Shown piece after piece: positions 37,383 to 51,828 of a DNA stretch of 54,337 nucleotides. The notes beneath the pieces are model-generated. The model was given only the letters and a program-made list of their open reading frames with translations. It did not search any database and was not told where the DNA came from. Within the stretch, counting starts at the first letter, position 1. Each line of letters begins with the position of its first letter. The position numbers and the translations under genes were made by a program. This DNA comes from Hydrolagus affinis (taxonomy: Eukaryota): the NCBI GenBank assembly GCA_012026655.1, contig JAAILG010000270.1:62001-116337 (forward strand), written 5' to 3'.

Positions 37383-38374
37383 GAGTTCGAGCTACCACTA
37401 TCCATCCAAACCCCACAGTTTACACTTTGTGACATGGCCATAAACAATCATGAGCTGAGGAGTTTCATAGAATGAGAATGCATGTTTCAAAAGACGTAAC
37501 AATCTGTCTGAAACTATTTCAAGATACATTCCTGCTCTTGTTTCAAGTCACCTTCATTTATGAGAAGGAAACTAAAGGACATCATTTTTCCCTTTTGTTT
37601 CTATTCCATTTAAGTGCAGATTCGATAAGCAGTGACTCCTTAACTCTTTCACTGGCTGGTGTGTGTTAGCACTCAAACCATGGAACATTATTTGCATGGA
37701 TTTAGTTCACAAATGAAATTCAAACCAAAATACATTAACCTCATCTCTGGACTGTATTTTATTGAAGCCCTAATGCATAAGTTGGGATTGGTAAAGGGGT
37801 TAAGTATCTACTTTTTAAAAGCCAACACTGTTCTGTTAAAACAATCACACACCTAACAGCATGTCCATTAACCCTGAACAGCTAATAGTTTAATTTATCC
37901 CTTATTAAATATAATAATATAAAAAGTCTGGGGGAGGGAGACATGATCCACGTCTTTAAATGGATGGCTGATGTTGAATTACAATGACCACTGAACCAGA
38001 GTGCAGACTTTTAAAATCATGAAATCTTAAAATAGACGTTAGACTTTATTTAAAAAAAACACTAAGCAATGAAAAAAATCTAACTTGAATTGGGGCTTGA
38101 AATTAAAGCCTTTGTCACTATTAAAAGCATTGTTGTTAACATTTTACATTGAAAATATTTTGAGTATACAATATGTAGATGAATTTTAGCTTGCATATGT
38201 ATTTTTAATCCCACATTTAGTTTCTTCATCCAGCAGCATAATAGGTCAAGTAGGTCAACTTTCTGTTGTTGATTCACATAGGAGAATTGAACACTATGGG
38301 GCTGACATGACATAAAAAATTGAGTTAAAGGACATTTTTAATACAATAATTGCATGAGTATCTGGCCCATTCCT

Positions 38375-38425
38375 AAATGCAATTGACTGTATATTTTGTG
38401 TGAGAAACACAGCAGCTAATTGACC
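38375..38425 (-). mobile_element. SINE internal fragment
   Basis: AATTGACTGTATATTTTGTGTGAGAAACACAGCAGCTAATTG matches the SINE body. Confidence 0.6.
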
Positions 38426-39035
38426 ATGACCTTGACTTTGGAGCACAGAATTATAGCAGTTGTTGTGGCTAACGTATTCAATTATTGTGGTGAATTGCAC
38501 AAGAAATTTTAGTAGTTCTGTACATTGAACAAGAATATATCCCTACACATTGATCGTGTACAGTACATGTAATGATTTGGTTTGGTTATTGTGTTAGAGC
38601 AGCAAATATGTGCTCACTTGCACAATAGTGTAACCTCAGTTTTAGGACAGGACGAGGAGAACCATTGGAACATCACACGTCTCAGTAAAGTTTAACTACT
38701 GCTACATGAAGGAAACGTCAGCACAGCAACATCCACTAGGATAATATTGCTGAGGAAGCTTAAGTTAGGGTACTCATCAAGGGTGAGAAAATAAGTAGAG
38801 ATAAAGGAGTAATCTGGTATGGGGTTGAGTTCCAATGCAATACAATTTACATTACTGGTCACAACAATATTCTCTAAAGCAGAAGACTTGTATTACTCAC
38901 TGATTTAAAACCTTGCTTTTTATTAAGCTCATTAACCCCAGGTCGGAACTGTAAAACATTCATCTTCATTCCTCCTCCTCCTCAGTGTGATGCTGCAACC
39001 ATTACTTCTTAATGACTTTTAACAAGTCCTTAACC

Positions 39036-39077
39036 AGCTAAGTTAGCTTTTCATCCACTTGAAAAGCTAACTAAGCT
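39036..39077. repeat. inverted repeat, 18-bp arms (1 mismatch), 6-nt loop
   Basis: AGCTAAGTTAGCTTTTCA-TCCACT-TGAAAAGCTAACTAAGCT. Confidence 0.9.
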
Positions 39078-40423
39078 AACTCATCCACTGATCATTAGAA
39101 ACCATTGCTCTGATTTCTGAGGAAAACTAGGAGTAGCATTAAAACACACTTGATCTGTATGTCCTTGTCATCGCTTCAACATTCCACCCAATTTATACAC
39201 AGTCATAATTTTCAGTTAGGTTTAGGAATGCTCTAATCTGTAAAACATAACAGTTTTGCCACTATAAACCTGGTATTTTATGTCTTGTAACAATATTTCA
39301 TTTTAAATATAAAACAGCAGTATTTCTATATTATTTTTGAAAGATCGTTTGGACATTAAGAAAAGTGCATGGGATTTGACAGAGAATCTAGAGACCTGTT
39401 AGTAAAGATGTTCATATCATGCAGATGTCATTGCATTTATCCCTCTCTGAATGGGCCAACAGCCAAATCCACTGGAAAAAAAATTGACTATGTTGTTTCA
39501 CGTTTCCACTCATTCTTTTCCAGGATGTAGGACATCTAATAAGCTAGAAGCACCCTCACATCAGGGACACTGAAACACATTAAACTGGCATTGTCAAGTT
39601 TAGACTTTATGTCCCCAACCGATGAACAAAGGCTGATCATTTTACTCTAAATATGTGATTTCTGCTAGAGGGTAAATAATTACGGAAACATTAAAGTAGA
39701 ATTGTTTCATTAAGTTTTAATTAGAAAGAATTTGAATATTCAGATTCATTCCCATCAATTGGATTTAATCAGATTTGGATCAGAAAGTAATGTATTGTTC
39801 CCAGTACACAAACATTATACAGAGATAGTTGCAGAGAAATCTAATCATGTCCTATATTTCTATGCACGTGTGTTAAAAATATATGCATTTCTGCTCTATA
39901 TGATCCCTAATGTGTACTACATTGAAAGATGAAGAGCACCAATATAAGAAGATATAACAGGAAATAACAAGTGTGTTGCAATCATTTTTAAATGATTTCG
40001 CTGCATTTAGAGAATAATTAGAAGAGTTTTAGTGCAGAGATTGAAGGATACACAGGAACACATTGAGTTGTATTTTAGGAATGCTGTACTGATTCCAACA
40101 CTGATATCTTGAATTGAGGATGAAGGAAAAATGCAGATTTCCTTGTACTGCACCCTACCCAGCCTGTTTCATAGCAGATTGTTGGGGATTGCTGGACACA
40201 GGTCACTGCTTCATACTGGTGTGTGTTCTACAGGGAAATCTAGATGCTCTTTAAATCCAAATAAGTTAATGAATTATCTATCCGCCATGAAATTGTATTT
40301 CCGCTACAATTTAATAAGTAGCCATGACTACCACATTCCCACGGACCATGAATACTCTTAGCATAGCTGTAATGTGAAAGATGTATCGCGTGAAGCTAAT
40401 TTATAATACGTAGTTTGTCACAG

Positions 40424-40810
40424 AGCAGATTGACTTCAAGATCCTCACTCCAGTGTTTAAATCCCTCCACATCCTGGCACCCCCTGCTATCTCTCCAACC
40501 TCCTCCAACCTCCTCTCTCCTCACAGCACTACCTGCTGCCTTTGCTCTATTGGCTCTGGCTTTCTCTTTGTTCCTCGAATCCTCCACTCCATGATCGGCG
40601 GCCATGCCTTCAGCCACTAAGCCCCGAAGCGATGGAACTCCCACCCTTAATCACTTTGCTTTGCCCCCTCTTTCCCCATTTTCAGGTTGCGCCTAAAGAG
40701 CTTCCCTCTTCGATCTTGCCTCTGGTCATCTTCCCCCTTTCCCATTGGAAATCCACCATTATTAAGCACCCAGCGACATGGATGGCACTATATAAATGCT
40801 GATTGTTGTT
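40424..40810 (+). mobile_element. L2 3' fragment, degenerate
   Basis: QIDFKILT.VFKSLH.LAP remnant; GCCTTCAGCCACTA; tail GGCACTATATAAATGC..TTGTTG; aligns to 25167-25560. Confidence 0.85.
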
Positions 40811-41640
40811 TATAGATAGAATTGGTATCAACCAACATTTATCCTACAAAATCTCTTGACCTCCAGAGTTCAAAAGCCTCCATGTCCTATTTGATGCAAT
40901 GCCCGGTCCAAATAAAATCTAATTTGACAATTGATTTTGTGAATTTCAGTGATGGTGGTTGAATATGCCAAAGTAGTTTGAAGCAAAACTCATGGAAAGC
41001 CGCTGAAAATTATGAACTTTTTAACATTTCTCCAAACTTTACATACTAAAACCAATGAGATTCTAAACTGGGGGAAAGATAGCTTTGGATGCTACCCTCA
41101 CATTGATAGATGTGCAATAGCACAGGTAATAGCAGAGATGATTCACTATTTAATCTTTACATCTTCGCTTGAGCATATTTTCATAAATTAAAATGCTAAG
41201 TTCTTTTTATTAAGCTTTAATGAGGGAGGCCACAAAAAGCACAGGAAGTTATAATTTAATAATATCTATTACGAATGGTATTCCCTGAATAGCCAAAGCA
41301 ATGAACGCTTTACATTGTGAAAATGCTGTTTCCAAAAGATTGTCCGTCCTCCACCTCTTCATTTATCTTTCACTACGCTGATTTCATGCCACTGAAGGAT
41401 TTCTGCACCACCAACTCTTCCCTCAGGCCATGATTAATGTGGTTTCTTTATGTTTCTAACAAGACACATGTAAGAACACTACAGGGTACAGAGCTAATTG
41501 AACACCAAATAAACAATAGCTTCTAACTCTTCTGTCTCAATATCAGATATCATTTATTTTCCAAAGAAAAAGCTCCAGTCACCTAGTTTAGGGAGGGGAT
41601 TGAAGAGGGCCAAGACAGACTATTTTAATGTCGGTTTTGG

Positions 41641-41975
41641 AGCTCCTGTGGCTTAGTGGTTAGAGCATGTGTCTTGCAAGCTGGGGAGACCAAGCTGGGG
41701 AGACCTGTGTTCGAATCCAGGCAGGTCAGGGCGAGACTTTGGGCAAGTTTCCTTACTCCACACGCCTAATAATAATCCGTCCAAAAAAACCACTGTAATA
41801 AAATTGGTCATTTCAATCCACGACTGTTTATGGGACACTGCTGTGTGTAATTGGCTGCCACGATTCGCCCACAAATATACAGACAATTCACTTTACAGTA
41901 TATTCTGTGAAGTGCTTTGGGACGTCGATAAGATGTGAAAAATGCTATATCAAATGCAAGGATTATTATTATTAT
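41641..41975 (+). mobile_element. full-length tRNA-derived SINE, duplicated-head subfamily
   Basis: A box TGGCTTAGTGG, (CAAGCTGGGGAGAC)x2, B box GTTCGAATCC, core and (ATT)n tail. Confidence 0.93.
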
Positions 41976-42231
41976 TCACTCATGCAATCAGTAGCAGCTC
42001 TGTCGTCAACCACAATTCAACTTTGCAAACAGTGTCCTGTTCTAGGGTGTCCTAGAAGCTGATTTACCTCCTCATTTTACAAATAACAGGTTGTACAGCA
42101 TCCTATGTGTAGGGTAACATCTAAGAGTGTTACCAGCAACCAGATGCTGCATTCTTAGTATATTGGACAAAAATCATGTTTGTGACTGCACTGAGTCTGG
42201 CTAAATAGAGGTATCGCAACAAAATTATACA

Positions 42232-42402
42232 ATAATAACAATAACGATAATAATAATCCTTGCATTTGAATTAGTGCATTTCACGTCTTCTAGACGTGTC
42301 AAAGCGCTTCACAGAATATACTGCAAAGTGAATTGACTGTATATTTTTTCGGGAGAAACGCGGCAGCCAATTGTGCACAGCAGCGTCCCACAAACAGTCG
42401 TG
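42232..42402 (-). mobile_element. SINE, 5'-truncated
   Basis: (AAT)n-CCTTGCATTTG...AAAGCGCTTCACAGAATATAC...GCAGCGTCCCACAAACAGTCGTG. Confidence 0.9.
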
Positions 42403-42908
42403 ATGATAGTCAGATTGGAGGTTACCCTGCTACTGAATAGCATAGAAAGGACTATCATAATGCAACAGCAGTTGTTGGACATCAATTAACAAGCCCGACT
42501 GCCTCCCCACCTCGAGGCTGGCGGAGAGTGGAAGGGAGGAGGCTACAGAAAGTCCATAACTGAGGAAATGAAACCATCAATATGTTGCCAGCACGACTGT
42601 GCTTAAAGATTGCACTGAATGGTGACTCACTCCTGGGGCACCTCCATTGAAGGTCTTGGAACACATCCTGAAGCGCGCAAGTTGTCTCCACTCTGGAGCA
42701 CAGAGTGAGGAAGCCTGAGGGCAAAACCGTCACCAATCAAAACAAGCACACTCACAGCAACCTTGCTGGAATAGAGGACTTGTGGTGGGAGGCCAGGGAA
42801 AGCAGTGGGTGTGGTGTTATTGAGAACTGCTTGTAGGGATTCAGAGGCAAGGATCAGAGAGGCTAGATTTTGAAGGCTGGAACTCTGGCCATACTTTCAA
42901 TAACTGAG

Positions 42909-43015
42909 TAATAATAATAATAATCCTTACATTTGATATAGCACTTTCCATATCTTATCGATCTCTCAAAGCGCCTTACGGAATATACTGTAAAGTGAAT
43001 TGACTCTATATTTGT
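42909..43015 (-). mobile_element. SINE 3' fragment
   Basis: (AAT)n-CCTTACATTTGATATAGC...GAATATACTGTAAAGTGAATTGAC. Confidence 0.88.
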
Positions 43016-46000
43016 AGCCCTTTAGCTTCACAATAGTCACCCCGCATTAGGGAGTGGGGGGGGGGAGAGGAGGTCAGAACAACAATGTGCCCTAAGAATT
43101 GTTGGTCTTACTACTTCAGTAATAATAGCTTCCTCCAACTTCAAGAAGTGAGAAATTACCATGCCGACTGGTGGTGAACCTGGCAAATAAATAAAATTGC
43201 TATTACTGTATTTCTGATAAGGAATTCGGGCCAGTGTTGGGAACTTTCAAGTCCTGATGATGAATAATTGTAGTCAGAGGCACAAAACATGATTTAAAAA
43301 AAAACATCTCTTTCACAATCAAACACAATTACTCTCTCTCTGCACTGCTAATAGCGTGAGCAATTTCTAATTCCATATTTTGGGTGTGAACCGTATACCA
43401 AATATCTCGCAATGACCTGTTGAGAAATGTCATAGCCAGGAGGGATTTATGGTAAATATCTCCACAAGCAAATTATGAGACAGCTTCAAAAGTGGAGATA
43501 ATGAGCAAATCTCAATGCCAGCCATGGCATGTTTTATTTATGCCACATGTTTAAAATATAATCTTTAAATAAATGTAGGTTTTTACGACTTCACAAGAGT
43601 GAAGATACAAAAAGTTTGCTCTAACTTTCCAGACCACACAAGGCAGGTAGCCGATGCTAAAGAAATATTCCATGACTCAACCAATCAACTCACTAAGTCT
43701 ATCGTCTATTGAGCATCCCTACCTTCCGTTTAAAAAAATCTTTTTATTTTCCTTTTTATATATAAAAAAATGTTTTTATACTAATATAACTGAAGCTTTC
43801 ATAGACCAAGACGTAGCCCACTCAGTCATGTTAGCTTTTTCAGCATAAAGAAACGTAACATTTTAGATTTTTTAAATAGTTGTGAAACTCAGTATCAATT
43901 AAAACTAGTAATAAAGTCTCATTGCGTTTGTTGGATGATGTCCAACACATCTCAGGGATGTGCCAACCCTTTGGTAAACTTTAGTTTGTTTAATTTCCAT
44001 ACCAGATAAGACATCAGGACAGTTTTGAACCTTATCCTGTTAAATAAGTGAAAACGTCTACAGTTGGCTGGAGAAATGCTGTGATTTAGGTTTTAAAGGT
44101 TTTAATTGCTTTCTGGTGAGATGCACTGGGTGAGAGTGGTGTCTGAGGCCATGCTGTGTTTGATTAATGTCACAAACCCTTCTCTCACCCATTCCTGTTG
44201 GTTACTTGGATGGTTTATACATTAACATCGTACAAAGTGCCAAATTGCACAGATTTTTTTTGTTTCTGCATCTTTTACGGGTATGAAAGAACATTGCAAC
44301 TATTATGAAAATAGGATTCATTTCTGATGAACAAGGCATATTACAGATGGTACAAACTTCCTTGCAAATTAAATGTGAAAAGCTCTTTAAATCTTGATTG
44401 ATTTGTGTAGGATTGTGGATTTTTCATTTAGCTCTTTCTTTTGCTTTTACTGTTTGGTCTGTAAAAGTGCTTTGGAAGTAATCACTCGTCAGGCCACAAA
44501 TATTCATCTTTATCGCTGGCGGTGGGGCACCGAGCAACTGCACAGAGCTTTTGAATGATGCAAAGATACCAGCGAAGATCACAAAAACAAAAGCCACCAA
44601 AACTGGTCTCAGTGAAGCAAAGTCTCTTAATTTTTAATGATTCCTCCAGCAGACATAGAATATAGAACCAGATACTGCTGCCCAGCTTTAGAAAATGAGT
44701 ACACTGAAGGCGAGAGCCAAGAATTGCATAAGAGATGCAAGCTTTGCCTTTGGGGAAACTGAAAATCAGTATTATGTGATGCAGCACTATAACAGTTTGT
44801 AAAAAATTGATTGGAAGCTTCAATTTTCCATTTTCTTGAGCAATATCAATGTCCCCAGTTAAGCTGCACACTCCAAATAGATTTGTGGATATTCAATATT
44901 TTTCTAACAAAAAAGGCAAGCGTGTGCATGAAGGCAACATTTTTTTTTATATTCTTTTACTGTGTGACCTGAATTCCCCATTGTTAGGAGAAAATAACTT
45001 CAGAAATAATTTGGGAAAAATAAAACACACTTTAAACACTTTAAGCTATCAAATCGGTACTCTTTCATTCCATCTGAATGCGAAAACTACCAAGAAGTCT
45101 AAAGGGTTTTTTGTGTATTTCCAGATAATAAGAAAAGCAGCAATTGTAATTCCTAATATTTTCTGGCATTCAACTCTCCTAACTATAAGTGTGACTAGCA
45201 AGCAATATGAAAAATGGCTCCTCTCCAAGTCTTCTATCAGTTGAGGGTCCAGAACAGTGAGAATTCTCAATTTTTCTAAAAGTTCAGACCTGTCCATACA
45301 CCCCACCAAAACCTGCCCCACCACACTGACAATTGATTTAATTTTTATATTGGTATCCGCTGATTTTAGTTTATTAAATTTGCAGTTTTTCTGCTTTATC
45401 TGCTCAATCAAAAAAACAAAACCCTTTAAACACTTGAACACATGTATAACTTGGATGGAATCAAATTGGTATTTGATTGCTCTTACCACCACGTATGGTC
45501 CCCAGCAGACAGTGTGAGCTGGGCTGCCAATGTCTTCCTGGACATCATCAATGCCACTCACTTCAGAAAGCAAGAGGTTGTTGAATACCAAACTATTGAT
45601 GTCTATATTCCATCCCAGTGAGATTGAGCATCCACCATCATGAGGGGCTCCATCTAGCAGCCCAGAACAGATGCAACTTACTCCCAGCAGTGGCAAGGAG
45701 GATCAAGGGATAGGCAGCCCTGGGATATGAAACCATAACCATCTGGTTCGGAAACAAACATATTGGGCCACCTCCAATATGACTAGCTTTAGCAATTCTT
45801 ACCTGGTCCATCAGGCAGGGTTGCCTTACAGAGGCAGATCTTGTATCTTATATCGGAGGAAGAAAAATTACTATTTACATTTTGCTAGGCAGCGAATTAA
45901 GTCATTGTGTGCACTAAATGTGCAGCATTATTGGACTAACTTAGGCATGGTGCGCAGAGACACGTACTCTAGAGAGGGTAAAATAAAATATCTAACAATA

Positions 46001-46271
46001 TAATTTTTAATGCACACTATTCAATAGCCTCATGAGGTCAGTCATAGCACTTTACAAAACATTGCAAAACAGTATGATCACTTTGAAAATAGCTCAGATT
46101 CCACTTTAGATAGAAGTCAGCAGGCAAAATCAAAACTGACAGACCAGAGAATTTGTTACTTAAAGTAAATTCAAAATAGCCTTTTCCACTTTACTTATTG
46201 TTTCATTATGTTTGTTTTTGTCACCACTTGGACTGTTTTGAAATGATGTTGCTGTACTTACTCAGTGTATG

Positions 46272-46570
46272 GAGTCCTGTAAAGCGTTGGTTAGAGCACT
46301 TGACTCACAAGCGAGAGCACCTGAACGGTTTGGCAGATCGTTTTTCCAGAGGTACTAAACCCCACCACCCCCCAAGAAAAGATCAATACAAAATAAAAAT
46401 AATTTGAACACTCAATCCACGACTATTTGTGGAACACTGTCAAGTGCAAATAGCTGCCAATTTCACCCACAAAATATTCAACAGTCCATTTTACAGTATA
46501 TATTCTGTGAAGCGCTTTGAGACATCTTGGACATATGATAAGGCGCTGTATCAAATCAAGGATTATTACT
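46272..46570 (+). mobile_element. full-length tRNA-derived SINE, diverged
   Basis: GAGTCCTGTA...GGTTAGAGCAC...CACAAGCGAGAG; core and tail TGTGAAGCGCTTTGAGAC...AAGG(ATT)n. Confidence 0.85.
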
Positions 46571-49500
46571 ATAACATAAATACAAACATCAGGATAAACA
46601 ACTTATTTTAATGAGTGTGCTGTGTAAATCTTTGCATTATAATGAATTATTTACGTGTCCTATAAGCTTAAAACAAATACTGCTCATGGCATCAGTCCTT
46701 TGCTATCATATCACACGGTAACCCACTGATAAATTTAATAACTGCCCTACCATAAGCAATCAGCAACAACAACAAAAGCCATGTCAGATTGCTTGGTAAT
46801 AATTGTTCTGGTCTCCCACCATTGACTTTTAAAAAAAACTCTTTATAATGTCTCTGCTGAAATTTGGGCAGTCAACAATAAAGGCTCAAATAAATGTAAA
46901 CCATACTGTCCAGACAAACAGAATGAATCCTCCATAAACTTTGCACTGCATCTAACAATCTCTATAGATTACAATTAACTAGCCTGATAGAAGATCGATC
47001 TGGGCATATATTATTCATTTTTTTAAAGAATGCAGAGTATATATAGTGTATAATAAATATATATACACAGTATATATAAACTGGAATGTTCGGTAATTTC
47101 CTCACCCAAATTTTACATACAATTTCCAGTCCTGGTTATAAACTATCTTTAGATTCCAAACTAGAACAGGGAAACCGACAGAGTAGAAAAACTCAGAAGG
47201 GTCTAATTGGATTTAAAGTGCTTTGTGGAATTCTCTTTTTGTTAAAATCTTCTGATTAGAAAATCTTTTTAGTCTTCAAAAAATGTCTTTCTTCTATGTT
47301 TCTTGGCACTGTATAATTTTTTTTAACATCTATATCAAGGATCACTAAAAAAAAAGTCCCAACTGTGCATAGGAACAGATTCCTTTTTTGTACATAATCT
47401 TAAAATGATGAAAACTTTCTTCTCCATGGTTTTAAAAAAAAATCCTTGCAGTGGAATATCTAACAGCAATAAGCTCAACCCCTTGAAAGTGCACCACGGC
47501 TCCCATTTCTGTTAATTACTTGGGCTGTTATTCATTCAATCAAGTAAAGATCAATTTTTGGAAACAAAATGGTTTGGGCAAAACAAATAAATGCAAGGAA
47601 AAGGGAAAAGAAATGACAGGCCCCAGGATTCACCTGTCATCATCCAGTTTAGCTCTTAATGAGATCTTTTCTATTCTCGGTCACATCTGATTTGTTTTAT
47701 AGGAGTCCCTTTGAACAGCTGGGAGTTATCGAGCTTCCTTTGATCCTAAAATTTTAAATCAGAAATTGCTCTTTGCCCCTTTCCTAATACCATTTTTAAT
47801 ACATTTGTTTATTTCCCAGAATATGTTTAAATGTATATTTAGAACCAGGAAAATTGACTACTTATATCCTTTGTAAATGTATTCATTAACATTGATAAAT
47901 TAAACAAAGAGAAAAAGCGTTGCCACAAGAAGCCTTATATCTTTTGATGGGAGCTTTCTAATGATGACCCTTGGCATGCTTGGACACATGGGACTTGTCG
48001 GAGAAGAATCTGATGAAAATTAGTCTATTCTCATTTCAAACAGAATTTTGCTGAACTCCTGATCAGAGCCACAGCATGGAGTCCAGAGAGACAACACACG
48101 CTACTTGATTTACTGGGCTGCCTCCCTCCCCTGGTAATTGTTGCTGGAACATGCAGTGACATGACTGTAGGATGTGAGGGGTCTGAATGTACTGAGGCTG
48201 TTACTCCCAGTTTAAAGATTTAAACCATAGGGGTATGATCGGGTCTTTTGATGTGTGCTGAGCACAGAGTCCGGGCATAGAAAAAGGGGAGAGGGCAGCA
48301 CCAGAAAACAATCATCTTTTGGAGTCACAGTAAGACAGGAGTAGTTGGAAAAATCTAAGTCTCAGCATAGACACTCAACAAAGGGTAGATGAAAGCTTTA
48401 CGATGAAGACAGGGCCAGATCTGGCTGTGAGGTAGATCTTACAAAAAAAAACACAACTCGAGCCTCCAACATCCAGAATGACTTTTTTGTCACACATTGT
48501 TTCATTAGAGAAGACTGTCAGCAAAAATTTGACTACATTCAAGAACACTGTGCAAAATAGCATGCTCTTATATTTACCTGCATTCATTTCCATGCACAAT
48601 TCTTTTGAAACGAATACAATAAATATTTCACCTTTATTTACAGTGTCATGTTATTTCCTAACCAAACAGCTTCACTATGAATACAGCTGAGATAAGATCA
48701 GTGTAATGTCAAGTTTTCTGAATGACTGCTGTCAGCTAAAATGCTGTGCCTCAACGCTACTTGATCATTGCACATCTTGAAGCTGGTGAGCCATAGAAGA
48801 AGCAAAATAAGCGCATTACAGCACTAGTTGCTTTTATTCTATCATACTTCAGGGCTAACAAGGTGCAGCAGAATGCTCATCACAAAATCAATAAACCATA
48901 TTGTACCTAGCAGTTACCCATTATTGAATTAAATTCATATGCCAACATAAACAATAAACGAAACAAAACCAACAAGGGATCCATTGGCTTTATTTGATTT
49001 CGCCTGCCAGTGAATGGGAATGCAGACAGTATGTAATTTAATGCAAACTGTGGCTTCTCCTGGTCATGCATACAACTGACCCTCAGGGCAAGTCCATCAA
49101 TTTCCTATTAAAGATCAGAAGCCCGACATATCAAAGTCAACATCCACCTGAATAACTTGAGTAACTTGCCTGTAATTCTTGTGTGTATTCTGCATTGTAT
49201 TTGTGGTGATTTCTCAGAAAGGAGCTATAGTAGTTTGCAAACCGTGACCTGAAAAGCATTGAATATGAAATAAAGGATTGCAGTTTGATCTCTCTGTGGT
49301 GTAAGAGATGGATTTTCCCTTAATGTAAACCACAGAGTTCTAAACAGCTCAGTAATAGAAGGGTTTTAGAAATGGAGCTATCGAATTCTCTCTGTAAATT
49401 ATGAGGCAAATCATTTTAAAATAAATCTGTGGATAAATGTAAACAAATTACATTGAAGCTATCATTTGTATAATTGATAGGAACATTCAATCAGTTTGCA

Positions 49501-50516
49501 TTCAACACAAGAATATCCTGGCATGCAAGTAAATATCAAAGATAAATAAAGGTAACAAGATGCAGTATTATGTCAATTGTTTTAATTCTGTTATGTTTTA
49601 CTGTCAAATCAAAAAGGAAATATCATTTATTTTAAAAATGTCATTCCAAGCTAGACATAGAGGGGTAAAGTTTAAATAGCACAGGAAACTATATGAGCAA
49701 GAAAATTATTACTTTAGCAATGCATGATGGTGCATTTTTGAGTCATCAAAACACATTCATGGGGACAACTATTCTACTGTTGATAAAACATGAATATGAA
49801 CACCAACGGAGGAGAATCTGAGTTTTAGGGCCATGGAGCTTTCGAGCATTAAAAAAAAGGAAGTGCCTAATAGTCTTTCTTGAACACTTTATTAACAAGC
49901 AATTAAGGCTAATTAACTGATGTTAGAAGCTAATTAAGATGGGAAATCCTTCCAACATTTAATGCTAGTCTGAGCAAGTGAAACCACTGTGTTTTCTACA
50001 GCTTCAGTGCAGTGTGGTGGAGAGTGAACTTTTGGAACATGATATTTGTTCCCTTAGTAGTAGCCACAATTTTATCAGAAGAGAGAGATGAGCAAGAATG
50101 ACAGGTCCACAGGCAAAAACCTCTCTGCAGGAGATTACATTCACAGGAGGAGGTGCATAAACTCAGACAACCATATCTGAACCATACCAAGGAGCAATGT
50201 TCATGTTAAGACACTCTGCAAGGTTGTGGCAGGACTATGTACTAGCAAGAGACATGTGAGTATCCTCAATGGTCACGATCACTCTCCCTTTGGCAACGCA
50301 GGCCATTGCATTCTTTAACTAACTGGCAATGTATCCCCTCTGGAGATTTACTGAGCATCAGCCAAAGTTCAAAGTTGCAAACAATCCAACAGGTGATAGA
50401 AGACCTATTGAGGAGGGCTTGGTAGAAACAAGTTGATAGAACTTTAGCCAATATCCGATTCTCGGCACACATTACTGTGCTTTGGATCATTTCAATGCTA
50501 CAATTGAATCCTAGAT

Positions 50517-50633
50517 TTTGCCCACAAATATATAGTCAATTCACTTTACAGTGTATTCTGTGAAGCGCTCTGAAATGTCTAGAAGATGTGAAAAGCGTTA
50601 TATCAAATGCAAGGATTATTATGATTATTATTA
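50517..50633 (+). mobile_element. SINE 3' fragment
   Basis: TTTGCCCACAAATATATAGTCAATTCAC...ATATCAAATGCAAGG(ATT)n. Confidence 0.9.
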
Positions 50634-51032
50634 GATGTACCTGCAAAATCCACAAAGGATTTTATTGGTTTATTATAGTGAGAAAAACCTCACTTGGAAG
50701 CTCCACAAATATACTACTGATCAGAGAATCATCGCTAAAGAGTGCAATTTTCAATATATACCATTCACGTGTTATCATTATTATTTATGGTCTTTATAGT
50801 CACGGAAACTTCATTATAAACTAACCCACACTGCAACTATATAAAGAAATCACAATGACAATAATAAATATGCTTTTTTGTTTCAAAATATAAATGCTCG
50901 GTGCACTTGTCTCATGTTAGATGCGGAGATTTCCCCGCTCTATATCTGCTGTACTTCAATACAACTGTCAGCAAGTGAGGGTTACATTTATAACTAGGGA
51001 GTTTCAACAGAATTGAAGGGATACAAGGTGGA

Positions 51033-51093
51033 TGTGCTCCGAGACATCGTCTGGCCTGAGGGCGCTATATAAATGCAAGTTGTTACTGTTGTT
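51033..51093 (+). mobile_element. L2 3' tail remnant (family A)
   Basis: GCTCCGAGACATCGTCTGGCCTGAGGGCGCTATATAAATGCAAGTTGTT. Confidence 0.8.
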
Positions 51094-51828
51094 GGAACCA
51101 CAATGTTCCCTGACGATGGAGTATCAGGACATAAAGTACCAGAAACTATTGCCATGGAATGCCTTCAAATGGAACAGCTCCAGGTAAGAAGCAAGGCCGC
51201 AATCCCGTGAGGTATCAGTTGGTGATCTCAGCACCTATATCTCTGAAGTTCTGTACCTGCCACTCAGGGATATTCTGTGCTCAACTGAATTGTCCAAGCG
51301 CACAACACTGAATTTCTATGAGATCCCAAAGATGGTCCCTAATGGCTGACTGCACCAATTTGAAGATTTTCAGGATCAGTAATGATAGCTCCTTAGAAGC
51401 CTTTTGAAAGATGACAGTTGTGAGGTCATTCATTAGGGAAGCCCCAGGCTGCTCAGTCTCTTGGTGTCAGCATGTTCCACCGCAGCCAACCTCTCATTAT
51501 GTATGGAATGGAAGGAACCTTTCATTTAATGAAGTCATTTGTCCATCATAATATGCATTACTGCCAGAAGATTGTGTAAAAAAAATCCTACGGCTACTCT
51601 AATGCTTTGGCATTGAAGACCAACAATGTATCTCCAGATCTGTGCAAATGGGTATAAATCTTTCATCAAAGCCCTCTTAAGAATTCTCCAACTGTGATTT
51701 TAGCCAACACCTTCTAATTCCCCCTCCTAATGTACTACTTTGTGTGCTACTAATAAATGCTCTAAAAAAAATCATCTTAAATCTAAAATGGAATGAACCC
51801 AAAACTAAATGAACAATATGGAAATGTG

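Noticed and set aside
45803-45846. Minus-strand micro-exon with CAG|GTAAGA donor
   Set aside because: Acceptor (ATAAG) is weak; expected by chance
47961-48062. Second C/D snoRNA-like arrangement
   Set aside because: Terminal stem is weak and out of register
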